From NCBI GenBank assembly GCA_000934665.2, contig JYFJ02004425.1, positions 1 through 32,265 of the forward strand: a DNA stretch of 32,265 nucleotides. Direction: 5' to 3'. This DNA is from Catajapyx aquilonaris. Its lineage: Eukaryota. The translations under genes and the position numbers were made by a program. Of this stretch, positions 20,701-31,833 are shown piece after piece (the stretch's first letter is position 1; the number at the start of each line of letters is the position of its first letter). The notes beneath the pieces are model-generated. The model searched no databases and was not told where the DNA came from. It saw nothing but the letters and a program-made list of their open reading frames with translations.

Positions 20701-22226
20701 CCTTTAAACCAAAGTACGATCTGATGTTACACCAGCCGTGTTTTCTGAGCATGCGCAGTAGTATGCTTGCAATGCGATTTGGGGACGTCATAGGAGGGAA
20801 GAGCTGGGGGGAGGTGGGGCTGAATGTGACATCATATCGTTCTTTGGTTTAACAGACTGTAACTGTTACTAAGTTAATCGAAATTGCTTTCGAGCCAGAC
20901 TGGAGTCATAGGTTTTCTCATTGCAATTTTCTATAATGGTACCGTATTACCTCACTTAAAGCGGCATGCCGGTGTAGTCGAGGTCGACCCGTTTTTAGAA
21001 ATGCATGATCTGGTGGCTATACCGGCATGCCGGTCTAAACGAGGTATGCCGGTATAAGGCGAGATTTTCTTAAGCACAGCATTATCACGATCTCTGAAAA
21101 TTATTATTACTCAAATGAATGCATTACACCATGTTCCAAGGCACGGATACAGCCCAGGACACTTACATTGCCCTGACACATCCCATAAGATTGTTCGTTA
21201 AGTTATTTCACGGCAACATTTTCAATTAAAAGTGCAAAGCTGCGAGAAGGGAAGCATACCTACCAGGATATTTCATACTTGAGTTTGGATTTTATTATTT
21301 GAGTAACAAGGCTCTTCAGACAAATTGATACCACTACACAGAGGGATCATCTGATTGCCAACAAGATCTGCGAGTAGCGAACTATTGAGCAAAACGAAGG
21401 ACCGAAGGAATTTGCCTTGATCCTTTGTAATATTTAGGGGGGTTCCCCTGTCAGAGTAGGCTGAATATGGGATTGGTCACACTCTGTGTCATGTGAAACA
21501 GTAAACAGTATAAACATATGAACTTGCATATTCTCACAACCCAGTACTTGCACATATGTTACTGTAACATTATTTTAGTAGCCTACAGTACCAGTTGCAT
21601 TCAAAAAAATTAGACAAGGATCAATTGTGGAAATCTACCTCGGTTATTGCGGCATGCCGGCCACCCCTGGGTTATGCTGTTTGACCTCGTTTTATATCGG
21701 CATGCTGCTTTAAGTGAGGTAATACGGTGATGCTGAAGTTCCATGATCTATGTTTTGATCATTCCAGGCCTATGGCGCTGGTCAAGGCATCCAAACTACT
21801 TTGGCGAAATCCTTGTCTGGTGGGGTGTGTTTTTCATCGCCTCATCAGTGCTGCAAGGCCACACTTGGGTGGCATTATTATCGCCACTCTTCACTTGCTT
21901 TATTATTCTCTTTCTCTCGGGAATACCACTTTTGGAAAAATCATCAGATGACCGCTATGGAGAGTAAGTTTGTTGCATTGTTCCCTGTTTGCATAAACCT
22001 GACAGTTTATTATTTCAGATGTGCGACATACCGTGTGTATAAGGCAAACACACCTCCATTGTTGCCCATCCCAGGCTCCATGTATCAGCGGCTGCCACCT
22101 TGGGCCAAATGCATCTTCTGCCTCGAGTTTCCACTGTACAACTCACTTGGGGCCAGCTATGTTGCCACTCCTGTTGCAACTGAATCAGCCAGTACAACTC
22201 CGACTCCATCACCTTCAGTTCATTAA
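17719..22226 (+). CDS. DUF1295-family membrane protein (steroid 5-alpha-reductase C-terminal-like), 313 aa
   Basis: Phase-consistent exons 17719-17886, 18048-18209, 18269-18476, 21768-21963, 22019-22226 (TAA). Family motifs [73 protein letters not shown]. Confidence 0.94.
18673..19049 (+). mobile_element. tRNA-derived SINE (head type C), intronic
   Basis: A-box TGGCCGAATTGG, B-box AGTTCGATCCC, (GAAAAA)n tail. 16-bp TSD AAAAAGTATGCCAATG (18657-18672) / AAAAAGTGTGCCAATG (19050-19065). Confidence 0.9.
19191..19696. mobile_element. piggyBac-like MITE with long imperfect inverted arms
   Basis: TTAA|CCCT..TGGGCACTTTTTGTGGCCAA ... TTGGCCACAAAAAGTGCCCA..AGGG|TTAA; arm similarity continues inward to about 19391 and 19496. 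Confidence 0.85.
19701..20498. mobile_element. piggyBac-like palindromic MITE (798 bp)
   Basis: TTAA|CCCCTTCAGCCCCAGA ... TCTGGGGCTGAAGGGG|TTAA; highly similar inverted arms about 19701-20068 and 20125-20498. Confidence 0.95.
20704..20859. mobile_element. Small MITE (second copy at 29238-29393)
   Basis: TTAAACCAAAGTACGATCTGATGTTACA ... TGTGACATCATATCGTTCTTTGGTTTAACAGACTG|TA; internal GTTTTCTGAGCATG.GCAGTAGT shared with 29281. Confidence 0.75.
20942..21727. mobile_element. pogo-like non-autonomous element
   Basis: TA|CCGTATTACCTCACTTAAAGCGGCATGCCG ... CGGCATGCTGCTTTAAGTGAGGTAATACGG|TG; CGGCATGCCG repeats. A decayed relative lies at about 4019-4110. Confidence 0.85.
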
Positions 22227-23110
22227 ATAGAGGGTGAGAAACTGTTGGAAGTTATAGCAAAATGGCTAATACTGATCCAAAAAGCCACTGCAATATTGCT
22301 GGCTCAAAAAATCTCATATTGTGACCTACCATCAATCTCAATTCGACCGTCCCTAGTGTCAACTTTGTCATCATCATTCCGTTGCATTCCACAAAATTTT
22401 GTACTCAAGTAGTAATTAATGTTAGCCATATAATGTGTCGGCAGTTGTGGAGTTGGAACAAGACCATAAAATGGTGAGACTTGATGTGCCTGGTAAAAGA
22501 AAAGTTAAGATGTCGGTGCTATTTATTGCAGTTAGGTACTTATTCTCAATGTCAAATCTCAAATAGAATAGGCTCCTCTGTAGGTCATTTCTCAAGTGCC
22601 AATTTCTTAGGCTGTATGATTCATGGGTTCAAAAGTTGCAAGCCAAGTTTACCTCTGTACCTTAGTCAGTATGTAAATGACTTATGGAGCCAGAGGATCT
22701 AGGTTCAGCTTCCAGTGGCCAGACTCATAGTCCCTTATTTATAATACTCAATGTTAGCTGTTTCCTGCAGAAAGTATGATTGTAATGTTGCATCTAAGTT
22801 TTGTGCCTTTCCTGTTGATCCTCCTTAGTGACAATTACTACAGTGCTGGCAGAGGTGGGCAGTACGCATTCTCTCCTGTTACTTAATTCCAGTTATGCAT
22901 TCAACACTAGCCATATTGAGTACAAAAGGTTTTAGGAATGAAATATGTTGTCAAACAAGGATCTGTAACATAATGATGTCTTCATAAGATGTAGTGGTTT
23001 TGGGGGGGAAACATTTTCAGGTGAGGGCCTTAAGGTGGAAATGGAGTGAATCTGACGTTATGAAGTAACACATTATGGGTTATGCTGTTAGGCCATTAAA
23101 ATGTGTGCAA

Positions 23111-23757
23111 GTACTGTCTGATTTATTCTACTCCAGACTCACGTCATCAAGCCCCCCTTCTCCTCCACACGTCCACCCCTCCATGAACTGGACTTGTTAC
23201 CAACCTGACCTCACACATGTGGTATCACAAACAATGTTGTAATTAAATCATACGGCGTACTTTTGTGATATAAATTATTAATGCGAGTGTTCATTGACAC
23301 TCTCCGTATTTCCTTGTCATGGACAGGAAGGAACAGCGTTGACTATACAGGGTGTAAATCCTAAGCGTGTCACCAGAAAAGATGGTGGTAGAGGGCGCAG
23401 GTGTGAGCATTTTTGCTTAAGGAACTAGGGGTCGGAAACGCACCTGCCAAGCCCCCCTCACCCACTCATCTGCCGCGTGCCGCATGCCTCTTGCACACTG
23501 CGTGCCGTAAACTTGACAGGGGCGTAACTCGGTGAGGGTGCATTTCCGACCCCTAGTTCCTTATGCAAAAATGCTCACACCTGCGCCCTCTACCACCATC
23601 TTTTCTGTCTTAAGATTTACACCCTGTATATTACAGCGGCGAGTACGTGTGTGAGGTTAGGTTGGTAACAAGTACAGACCGTGGAAGGGTGGACGGGTGG
23701 AGGAGGAGGGGGGCTTGGTGACGAAGTCCAGAGTTGAATAGTAGTTCTAGAAAGTAC
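23111..23757. mobile_element. MITE with ~110-bp imperfect TIRs and GTAC at both ends, hosting a nested MITE
   Basis: 23111-23216 is the inverse of about 23649-23757; second copy at 226-437. Confidence 0.85.
23348..23626. mobile_element. Tc1/mariner-type MITE with ~95-bp TIRs
   Basis: TA|CAGGGTGTAAATC..CAGAAAAGATGGTGGTAGAGGGCGCAGGTGTGAGCATTTTTGC ... GCAAAAATGCTCACACCTGCGCCCTCTACCACCATCTTTTCTG..GATTTACACCCTG|TA. Confidence 0.93.
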
Positions 23758-24143
23758 CCACTTTTGAAAGCTCAGGGTAAAATTGCTATTTAGCTGAAAA
23801 GGAGTGAATATTACAGCCTTACCTTACTTTTTCATACAGATGGTATATCCATTAACTGAATTTCATTTTGTTATGCTGTTGTAGCAGTATCATGCTCCAC
23901 ATGGTAGAAAAAAAACATCACTGGTAATTATCTTACATGTATGAAATTAAGAAGATAACATATCTGCACACGTGGAAGCATTAAGTTGATTATGAATCAA
24001 GGAACACTGTAAAGGGGGAACCTTATGCTAGAAGCTGTCCTGCTAAAAAAGTGGCATTGACCATATTGTTTCTATAAGGGGCCAACCTGCACCCCATTCT
24101 ATTGCCCTTGGTTGTAGGTGACGTTGAAGTGTAAATAGTTATA

Positions 24144-24144
<1 letters not shown>

Positions 24145-24210
<66 letters not shown>
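24145..24210 (+). repeat. (TTA)22 microsatellite
   Basis: Uninterrupted TTA run; possibly the tail of a truncated retroelement. Confidence 0.95.
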
Positions 24211-24211
<1 letters not shown>

Positions 24212-25001
24212 GCCTGCATTATCACCGGGAGCAGCTATTCGCAATATTTTAAAGTGCACATCATACCATAATGTGCTGTTGTGGGAGTCATGTTGACACA
24301 GTACTGTACATGTGTTACTTGTCAGAGGCTACTCCTGTCCTACTCTCATCCTTTCCATATATCAGTGTCATACCTTGCAGAGGTATACTTGTGGAGATAT
24401 TAAGCAAATATTATCCAGCACATTTCTGTTCCATCACCTAGATATTTGTGATACATTGTTCACTAAAATTATCAATAGTGAAATTAATATGTGCACACTA
24501 CTGGTTTCCCAATGTAATGACCATGTTAAAGGGACATCACACTGCCCAAACATTATTGCACAATCATCAATTTTATTAAATGTTAGCTTTAGTAAGCCAT
24601 ATACAACTGTTAAAAGTTCGTACCTTTTATCAGTTGCCATTGATAATTCAATATTAATTATCAAGGGTTTCTGAGATGTTTTGTGACCATTTTAAGTTTG
24701 AGAAAACAGAAATTTGCAAATTTCAAACCTGGATTTCACAACTGGGGATCTTGAGAGGAAAGGTTGGGTATGTTTATTAGGAATAACCTCCACTACAAAT
24801 TATTTTATACAGGCCAAAAGTAATTCTGGGAGGTGTCATTTTGCTTCATATCTACCTTAATTCAAGGTAGTAATATGCCACACAAAACTATTTCTGGAAA
24901 AACCGCACCTCATCTTTGTTTTGGAGAAAGTGTTGCTTGTTGCTCTTTGGGCTGATGCCCTATGTTATTTAATCACTTAAACTTTTTTGATTGCTTTCCC
25001 T

Positions 25002-25135
25002 CAAGGGGTTAGGAACTTCCTGGAACCAGTGTACAGGGTCCCGCTGGAACCAGCGTGGAACTGGCCTGGAACCGAGTGGAACCACCTGGTTCCAGGATCT
25101 GGTGTACACTTTTTTAGGGAGTGATTACCCCCTTG
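25002..25135. mobile_element. 134-bp MITE with 8-bp TSD (relative of 10721-10855, opposite orientation)
   Basis: CTTTCCCT|CAAGGGGTTAGGAACT ... AGTGATTACCCCCTTG|CTTTCCCT; internal GGAACC repeats. Confidence 0.88.
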
Positions 25136-25728
25136 CTTTCCCTAGATACTTTTTTCTTTTCATGTTATTTTTTTCCTCAAAAGATTACAGTGCATATCCA
25201 AGCCCTTATCAGTTATCACTGATGAGCATGTAGTGTGCATGTCATAATTTAGCTCACATCCGTATTGGTGGAAATTTTGTGGCTGCTTGCTTTTATGAAC
25301 TTACCTTCAGGTTTGGCATGGAATCATACAACATTGGAAAGTCCATTAAAAGGGCATTTTATGTTTGTAACTCACTATCATACTTGAAAATGAGGTGACA
25401 GGGGTGAGTAGAAATGAGGTGTTAGATTTTTACTAATGCGAATATGAGCTCAATTCTGAAACACATGGTATAATGCTCAAAGTATTTGCAAAGTATTCGA
25501 CAAACACAAGACAGGCTGTGCTTAGTAGGCAATATATGTGTAGCATGAAGATTTCACACATTTAAAAATCCCTGAACGAGCTACTTGATGTGGGGTATCG
25601 CGGACCACACTAAAGTTTATTTTTAATGCAAATCTTATTCGTGTGAACAGAAATATGTAGGGAATTGGTAGCTGTAAGTTTGAGGGGTGGAGTTAAAACA
25701 TGGATGTTGCCTTTAATGGAATTGTACG

Positions 25729-26857
25729 CAGGGATGGAAAAAGAACGCCTTCCGATATTTCTCGGTACCCTTGGCATCTGGTAACCGGAAGCGCTTTGTG
25801 AACATGGGAGCGGTAGTAGAAGCGGAATAATATGCCTTTATTGAAGATGCTACTGGTTCTGCAGAAGGGGTTCTTGTGTCTTGGATGGAAAAAGAACCGC
25901 TTCTATGATATTGCTCCAGATCCGGTAGCCTACAAGAACCACTTCCGAATTTCTCGTTACCCTTGGCATCTGGTAACCGGAAGCTCTTTGCGAACATGGG
26001 AGTGGTTGTAGAAGCGGAACCGGATGCCTTTTTTGAAGATGCTACCGGTTCTGCGGAAGCTGTTCTCGTGTCTTAACTGGTTCCTTGTTCTCTTTCGCCT
26101 GTAAAAGTGTACACTGGAGCACAAATGGTCAAATGGTGACATATGTTGGTGAAACTGGCTTCTGGAAGACCTATTATCGCACAGCGGCACAGCTTCATCA
26201 TAACAAAGCACAAGGTCTAGCTGAAAGGTGATAGGATTTCTGCGGCACCTACACCATATCCGACTCGGAGGATACACCTCCACCCAAGAAAATGAAGAGC
26301 CCGCATGAATTTGTCCGGGTGTATTATGAATACAACAAGGCATCCAACTCGTCAGCCTGCAAGATCGCCCATGGGCCGTGGGTGGCACCCGGTCCGGACG
26401 CGGGTCCCGGAGCAGCCAGGACCCGTATACTGGTCGTGCCGAACGGGCAGGCCCGCTAAACGATGACGCTAACCAATCGCAGGGAGCGTAGTCACGAGAT
26501 CAGTTGAAATGAGTTTGGTTGGGGGCGCTTGGCTTCATGGCTGATTCCCGACGGGAGCGTTACATACAATACGACTCTAACAAACAACAGTCGATTATGT
26601 CTGCAATTCCGAGAACCCAGAAAACGCAACACGCGTAGCACGAAATCGGTACATGTTCTTGGGAACCCACAGAAGCGCTTCTCGCAGCAGTTCCTGGATT
26701 TGCAACTGAGAGAACCAGTTTCAACAGAATATTGTCGAATAGGTTCTGAAAGTGGTAGTGGTATTTAAGCGCTTCCACATTTGCGAAGCGGTTGTCGGTG
26801 GCGGAAGCCGTAAGAAGCGGTTCTGATGGGAAGGTCGCGGTTCTTTTTCCATCCCTG
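25729..26857 (+). mobile_element. Non-autonomous hAT element with a probable BED-finger remnant
   Basis: ATTGTACG|CAGGGATGGAAAAAGAAC ... GTTCTTTTTCCATCCCTG|ATTGTATG: 18-bp TIR, 8-bp TSD with one CpG transition. ~192-bp duplication of the left subterminal region. 26256-26366 reads ISDSEDTPPPKKMKSPHEFVRVYYEYNKASNSSACKI. Confidence 0.9.
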
Positions 26858-27128
26858 ATTGTATGTGATTGATTGTGAATGGTACCAGAATTACTACTGT
26901 TAACAGAGAAGCTGGTTTACTGTACTTATCATGGGTTGCACTCAGGGGGTTAAGGTATGATCTCGAATATGTTGGACCAGAAAAGGATGAAATGTGGCAA
27001 CTATGTATTGTGCTTCTAAACATAATCACTGGTTTTGTGTTTCAAAAAGATCAACAGAAAAAATCAAATGCCATTGAAGCTAATTTTTAAGGAAGAAATA
27101 ATAACCATCTGCTCTGTAGGAAATAAAA

Positions 27129-27217
27129 ATGTATTTGCATGGGTCTTTAGGAGGGTACGATGTTGACTGGTTAAACCAGTCAACATTGTACCCTCCTAAA
27201 GACCCATGCAAATACAT
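27129..27217. repeat. 89-bp near-perfect palindrome (mini-MITE or hairpin)
   Basis: Two 44-bp arms around one central base, with one mismatch. Confidence 0.9.
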
Positions 27218-29028
27218 ACCGTACTATGCCCATCAGTTTGAGGCAGTGTTGTAAATCTTTGCATACAAGATTGTGGCAAGGCAATGGGGTAGGTTGCATA
27301 TATGATCAAGAATTAATTTGCAAAATATTAATTATTTTGACTGTGCATGAAGCAAGGGTGGAATATATTGTTCCTATTGTATACAAGCAGTGATGCTGAC
27401 ATCGAGTTATGGCGTTACCACACAAACACCTTACTAGTTTGAAAATATTGTGAAGAACAGTCATTTGCAGGGCCTATTTTAAACTTCATTCATCTTTTGT
27501 ACACTTGGCAGAGGTGCTGCAGTTGTAGGTGATGTGCAGAGAGAGGAAGGAGGGTATGTAGAATGGATACAGTTTCAAATACTCCGGTTGGATAGAATTA
27601 CTATGATCTCAGTGAAGTCATATTTCATTCTGGGTTGAGGGGCTTCATGATAATCATTTCCTGTGCTCCGTCTAGGGCAGGAATTCCCTGTTATTGATGA
27701 GGCCACCTTAAACCCTACCCAACTTGTATTGAGGGAATCTTATGGTAACCACCTTAGTTGTCACTATTTCTTTCTTGAAGCTGTGACCACCAGATCATCA
27801 CAGTATGTTGTCTCAAGGCAGCATTTAATTTTTCCAAAGCACCAGAATGATATGGTAATTCACAGGGTGGAATGGAGGCAATAATATAGTAACAGTATGG
27901 CTTCCTTGTTGCTGGGCTCTCGCACCAGGTGGAATTATTATTTACAACATGTGAACCAACTGCCATCAGTTGCTGTTTCTGACAATTGCAAGGAAAATTT
28001 AATGTGAATTTGGGCACTGCATTAATGAAAGAAACACACCATGCTTTACATCACTGCTGTGTGACAGCAGCAATAGTGAACTTCCCATCTCACCTGACAG
28101 TGAGTGGAAGAGAAAAGGTTGCTATGATGGTATGTTGATAGATGGTAGAAAGCAGACACACATGGGATCATATTGCATTGAAAGGAGAAGATAACATGAG
28201 CGATATTGTGTATCATTATGATCGTATTCAGCCAAGAGAAACTTGCCATGCTTAGATGCACATGCATTTGTCATTACAAAGATTTTCAGTTTGTGAATTT
28301 TCTAATATGCAAACATCAACGTTCGTAGATGTTGGCTATTTCAGAGTAGAAAATATTGGAGAATCATCGAATGAAGCCTTTGAACAATTATTTTGTATTT
28401 GTGCATCACTATTTATTAGAGCATGCATATATTTTCATATTTAGGACCATTGTGGTTTTAAGAATTAGCTTGAACAAATAAATCAATTAATATTCCTCAT
28501 AATTATGCTTCATTAACCTCCTGTGATACGTGGTCCACACAAACATGGCATTAAAAATCTGGTGTTCAGTGGCACATAAAAATAAGTTGTGGTTCTTGGC
28601 TACTTCAGAGGACCATACCACCAAATATCCCGCTGAGAATTTCCACTACTTAGCTAGTTCCATTCGAGGAAGTGGGGTGTGTAAATAGTAGCACATGTTT
28701 TGGGAACAAGTAACGTATGGATAAAGTGAAGGGGCAATGCTTTCCTGCCATAGTGATACCAGAAGGACACATTTTATCAAGCTTGAAGAGTGTCAGCTAG
28801 TTGCAGGTTTAGCACTAGTCCTAGGTGTTGTGAGCTTGGTAATCTCCTGTGTTATCAGTATTGCTTCATTTTTTGAACACTGTCTAGTTGTTGGAAATTT
28901 TCATGATCCCCCATATGCGTCTTCATGAATTGGTCATTTCTAGGAACTCGAATAAATGGTGAATAAGAGCATTTTCCAATGTCAGGTCATTCTAAATTGT
29001 TGGTCTATCACTATTTTTAACTGAAAGT

Positions 29029-29224
29029 CTACAGTTTAACTAACCTTAGCAACGCAGCTGGGTTGGGAGGGCAGGGTGGGCTCCAAACATGTTGGCTATG
29101 CGTCACTAACAATTGGTTGCTGGGAGAGTACAACAAAGGGCGTCTTCTTACCCCTGCCAAGCGAACTGATCAGATGAGTGCTGGGACCATGGTCTTAACG
29201 AAGGAGGTGGCAAATTTGAACGCC
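29029..29224 (+). repeat. Diverged interspersed repeat, inverted copy at 31349-31540
   Basis: Collinear blocks ACCTTAGCAACG, CAGGGTGGGCTCC, GGGAGAG, TACCCCTGCCA.GCGAAC.GATCAG, GGCAAATTTGAA.GCC. Confidence 0.75.
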
Positions 29225-29237
29225 ATGAGGGTTGCTG

Positions 29238-29393
29238 CAATCTGTTAACCCTAAGAACGACATGATGTCACACCAGCCTTGTTTTCTGAGCATGTGCAGT
29301 AGTGTGCCTGCAGAGTGAGTCGTGGACATGATTGGAGGGGAGAGCCAGGTGAGCGGAACGTGACGTCATGTTGTTCGTTGGTTTAACGGACCG
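29238..29393. mobile_element. Small MITE (family of 20704-20859)
   Basis: CTGTTAACCCTAAGAACGACATGATGTCAC ... GTGACGTCATGTTGTTCGTTGGTTTAACGG; internal similarity to 20704. Confidence 0.72.
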
Positions 29394-29538
29394 TGTGAAG
29401 GTAAACTTCGTGATTGGCAAAGCCACAATAACATTTGTTAGCCTGCGGCGCACAATGAGGCCCGCATTGTTGATGTATACAATCAATCAATCAATCACGG
29501 CATGTTCCCGCTATGGGGTTGCCAGCGATGGCCAGGTA

Positions 29539-29661
29539 TTAACAGTTCAAAAAGAATTGTCCCTGAGCGTCAGGATGAAAGGAACCAGTTAACTGGTTCC
29601 TTTCATCCTGACGGGTGGCTGCCCGCTCGACGCTCAGGGACAATTCTTTTTGAACTGTTGA
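29539..29661. mobile_element. 123-bp TA-flanked mini-MITE (Tc1/mariner-type)
   Basis: TA|TTAACAGTTCAAAAAGAATTGTCCCTGAGCGTC ... GACGCTCAGGGACAATTCTTTTTGAACTGTTGA|TA. Confidence 0.85.
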
Positions 29662-29779
29662 TACATTCACCTGGCATCTCATATGACCATTATGATGGAT
29701 CCACTAGTGATTGGTCAGGCCACGTAGACTCGTAGCAGATGTAATGAATATTATGATGATGAAATGGATGACGTACATC

Positions 29780-30670
29780 CGAGGGCTGTTAAAAAAAAAC
29801 CAAACTTTTTAAATAGGGTGTCAACCGGCACAAAGCATATTGAGGCTACTGACAGCACCTTGCAACATGTCTTGACAACAAATTACCATTTGCCATGTTC
29901 CGCTATGACCATTGATCATCGAGATACATCCACTTAAGTGAGCATTTGGACAATCTGTTTGTCGAATTAGTGAGAAAGTGAAAATGAGAGAGCTTGAAAA
30001 ACAATGTGTTTGTGTGAAATTTCGCTAAAAAATTTGTAAAAATGTTACCGAGACATTTCAATTGCTATACCAAGCTTACTTGGGAAGGGTCTCCTCGACC
30101 AAAAGAGGCACAGATCAGTCAGTCAAAGGTCAAAGTGATGTTGGTTGTGTTGTTGGATTGGAAAGGCATTTTTCTTCATGAAGTTGGACCATATTGTCAG
30201 ATTGGCAGACAAACAGTCTTGTACCAGAATGTTGTAGTGCGTCTGAGGGATGCTGTGCCCAGGAAAGGCCTAAATTGTGGGAAAGCCCGACGAGGATATT
30301 GCGCCATGGCAATGCGCCTGCTCACACATCAATCCTCGTCATCAGTTATCTGGCTAAATATCTGCCATCTGTTGTGCCAATCTACCCTATTCTCCGGACT
30401 TAGCCCCAGTAGACTTTTTGCGATATTCAAAACATAAAACCAATTTGAAATGACGTCATTTCTGAACCATATTCAGGACAATGAGACAAGAGCACTGCGC
30501 ACTGTCACAGAAAGTGCGTTCCAGGAAGCATTCCAACAATGGAAGAAAAAATTTAAAACTGTTTATCGCCAGCAGAGGGAACTACTTTGAAAGGGACAGT
30601 GCTTAAAATGTTGCATATTGCGCAATCGAGTATGTATAGGATTTTTTTTTTTTTTTTTAAACAGCCCTCG
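29780..30670 (+). mobile_element. Internally deleted mariner element (irritans-like), transposase pseudogene
   Basis: TIRs CGAGGGCTGTT.. / ..AACAGCCCTCG|TA. Frameshifted remnants QCVCVKF..VTETFQLLYQAY, WEGSPRPKEAQISQSKVKVMLVVLLDWKGI, HGNAPAHTS and YSPDLAP. Confidence 0.92.
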
Positions 30671-31348
30671 TATGCATACGCTCAAAACATTCAACCTCAT
30701 TGTTGGTGTGTACAAACCCACAATAAGTGCCCAGCTCTGCTTGCGCTCCGCATTAACTAAAAGTATCCTGCAGGGTGATGAACCATGCCTGGCAGGGCCA
30801 CAACGAAGGACAGTACTGTTGCGGTAACAAAAAGCCATACAGCAACACCAAGACAAAGGGCTATTCCATCCACTTAATCATCTCCAAATCTGACTACGCA
30901 GATCCCGAAAAGATCTAATCTAGCATCAACCTCACACCACAGCAGCAGTTCTCCCTGCCAGCGCACCATCCAGCCAGCCAACCCAGCCGTTGCCAAATTG
31001 GGAACGGAGGCCAGCAGTCTCGAAATAGGGAATTGCGCGGGGTGCTTCCATACTTGAAAAAGCCAGTTTTTGTGGTATAAAAAGACAGGAATGGGAACAT
31101 AACTGATCGGAAGGTGTGCAATAGACCAGAATGAGCTCCAGTTGAGGGTCACATTCGAATCCGGTAGGATTAAATGACAGGAAGACCCAGTGCCCAGGTC
31201 AGATGTGAGTTTTCCCCGACGTTCGACAAGTATTGATTTTGAAAACCCAATCGGCCTATTCGAACAAATCGAACACACCCCGGACTATCCCAATTAGGTC
31301 CCACCTATGCACCTTATGGTGGCGGCGCGATACCACAGCAGGATAGAA

Positions 31349-31540
31349 GGCATTCAAATTTGCCCCCTTCTACATAACAGCCCCATTTACGCACCTGATC
31401 GGTTCGCATGGCAGGGGTAGCAACGTGCCTTTCATTCTCTCCCGGCAAACCATTGTTGGCGAAGCACTGTTTCCAACCGTCAGGAGCCCACCCTGTCCGC
31501 TCAACCATACCCTCGTTGCTAAGGTATGGATAAACCATAG
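31349..31540 (-). repeat. Diverged interspersed repeat, inverted copy of 29029-29224
   Basis: Reverse complement aligns block-wise with 29029-29224. Confidence 0.75.
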
Positions 31541-31833
31541 CTTATAACATTTTTAACAATGGGGTCTTGGCGATATCAATATTACTCCACCTGATTTCTC
31601 CTTCCTTTGTTTCAAGCAGCTCCTATTAGTCAGCTAACCAACCTCCTTCCAGTGCATGAGTGTACAGGGTGTTTCTTGCTACTCATAGTATGTTGTCTGG
31701 CCAGCAGCATATTTGTTGGTCCAAAAGAAGTCAAAAATGTAGGGGAAAGAAATGTCCAGGGACCAACTGGTAAGGAGGTAGATGACCAGACACAAGCCAG
31801 ACACCAGACCAGAGGTGACCTCGAAAAATCCCA

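Noticed and set aside
24023..24259. Poly-Ile ORF
   Set aside because: Translation of the (TTA)n microsatellite.
25713..26388. Minus-strand ORFs with a repeated FRLPDAKG peptide
   Set aside because: The repeat comes from the duplicated hAT subterminal region; no protein family recognised.
27220..29020. Several 60-90 aa ORFs in an AT-rich stretch
   Set aside because: No recognisable domains or phase-consistent exon chain found; left unannotated.
31665..31833. Possible decayed Tc1/mariner end (TA-CAGGGTGTTTC; minus-strand ..SLDISFPYIFDFFW)
   Set aside because: Motif too degenerate and no partner TIR in the window; a lone CACCCTG-TA end near 7150-7158 was dropped for the same reason.
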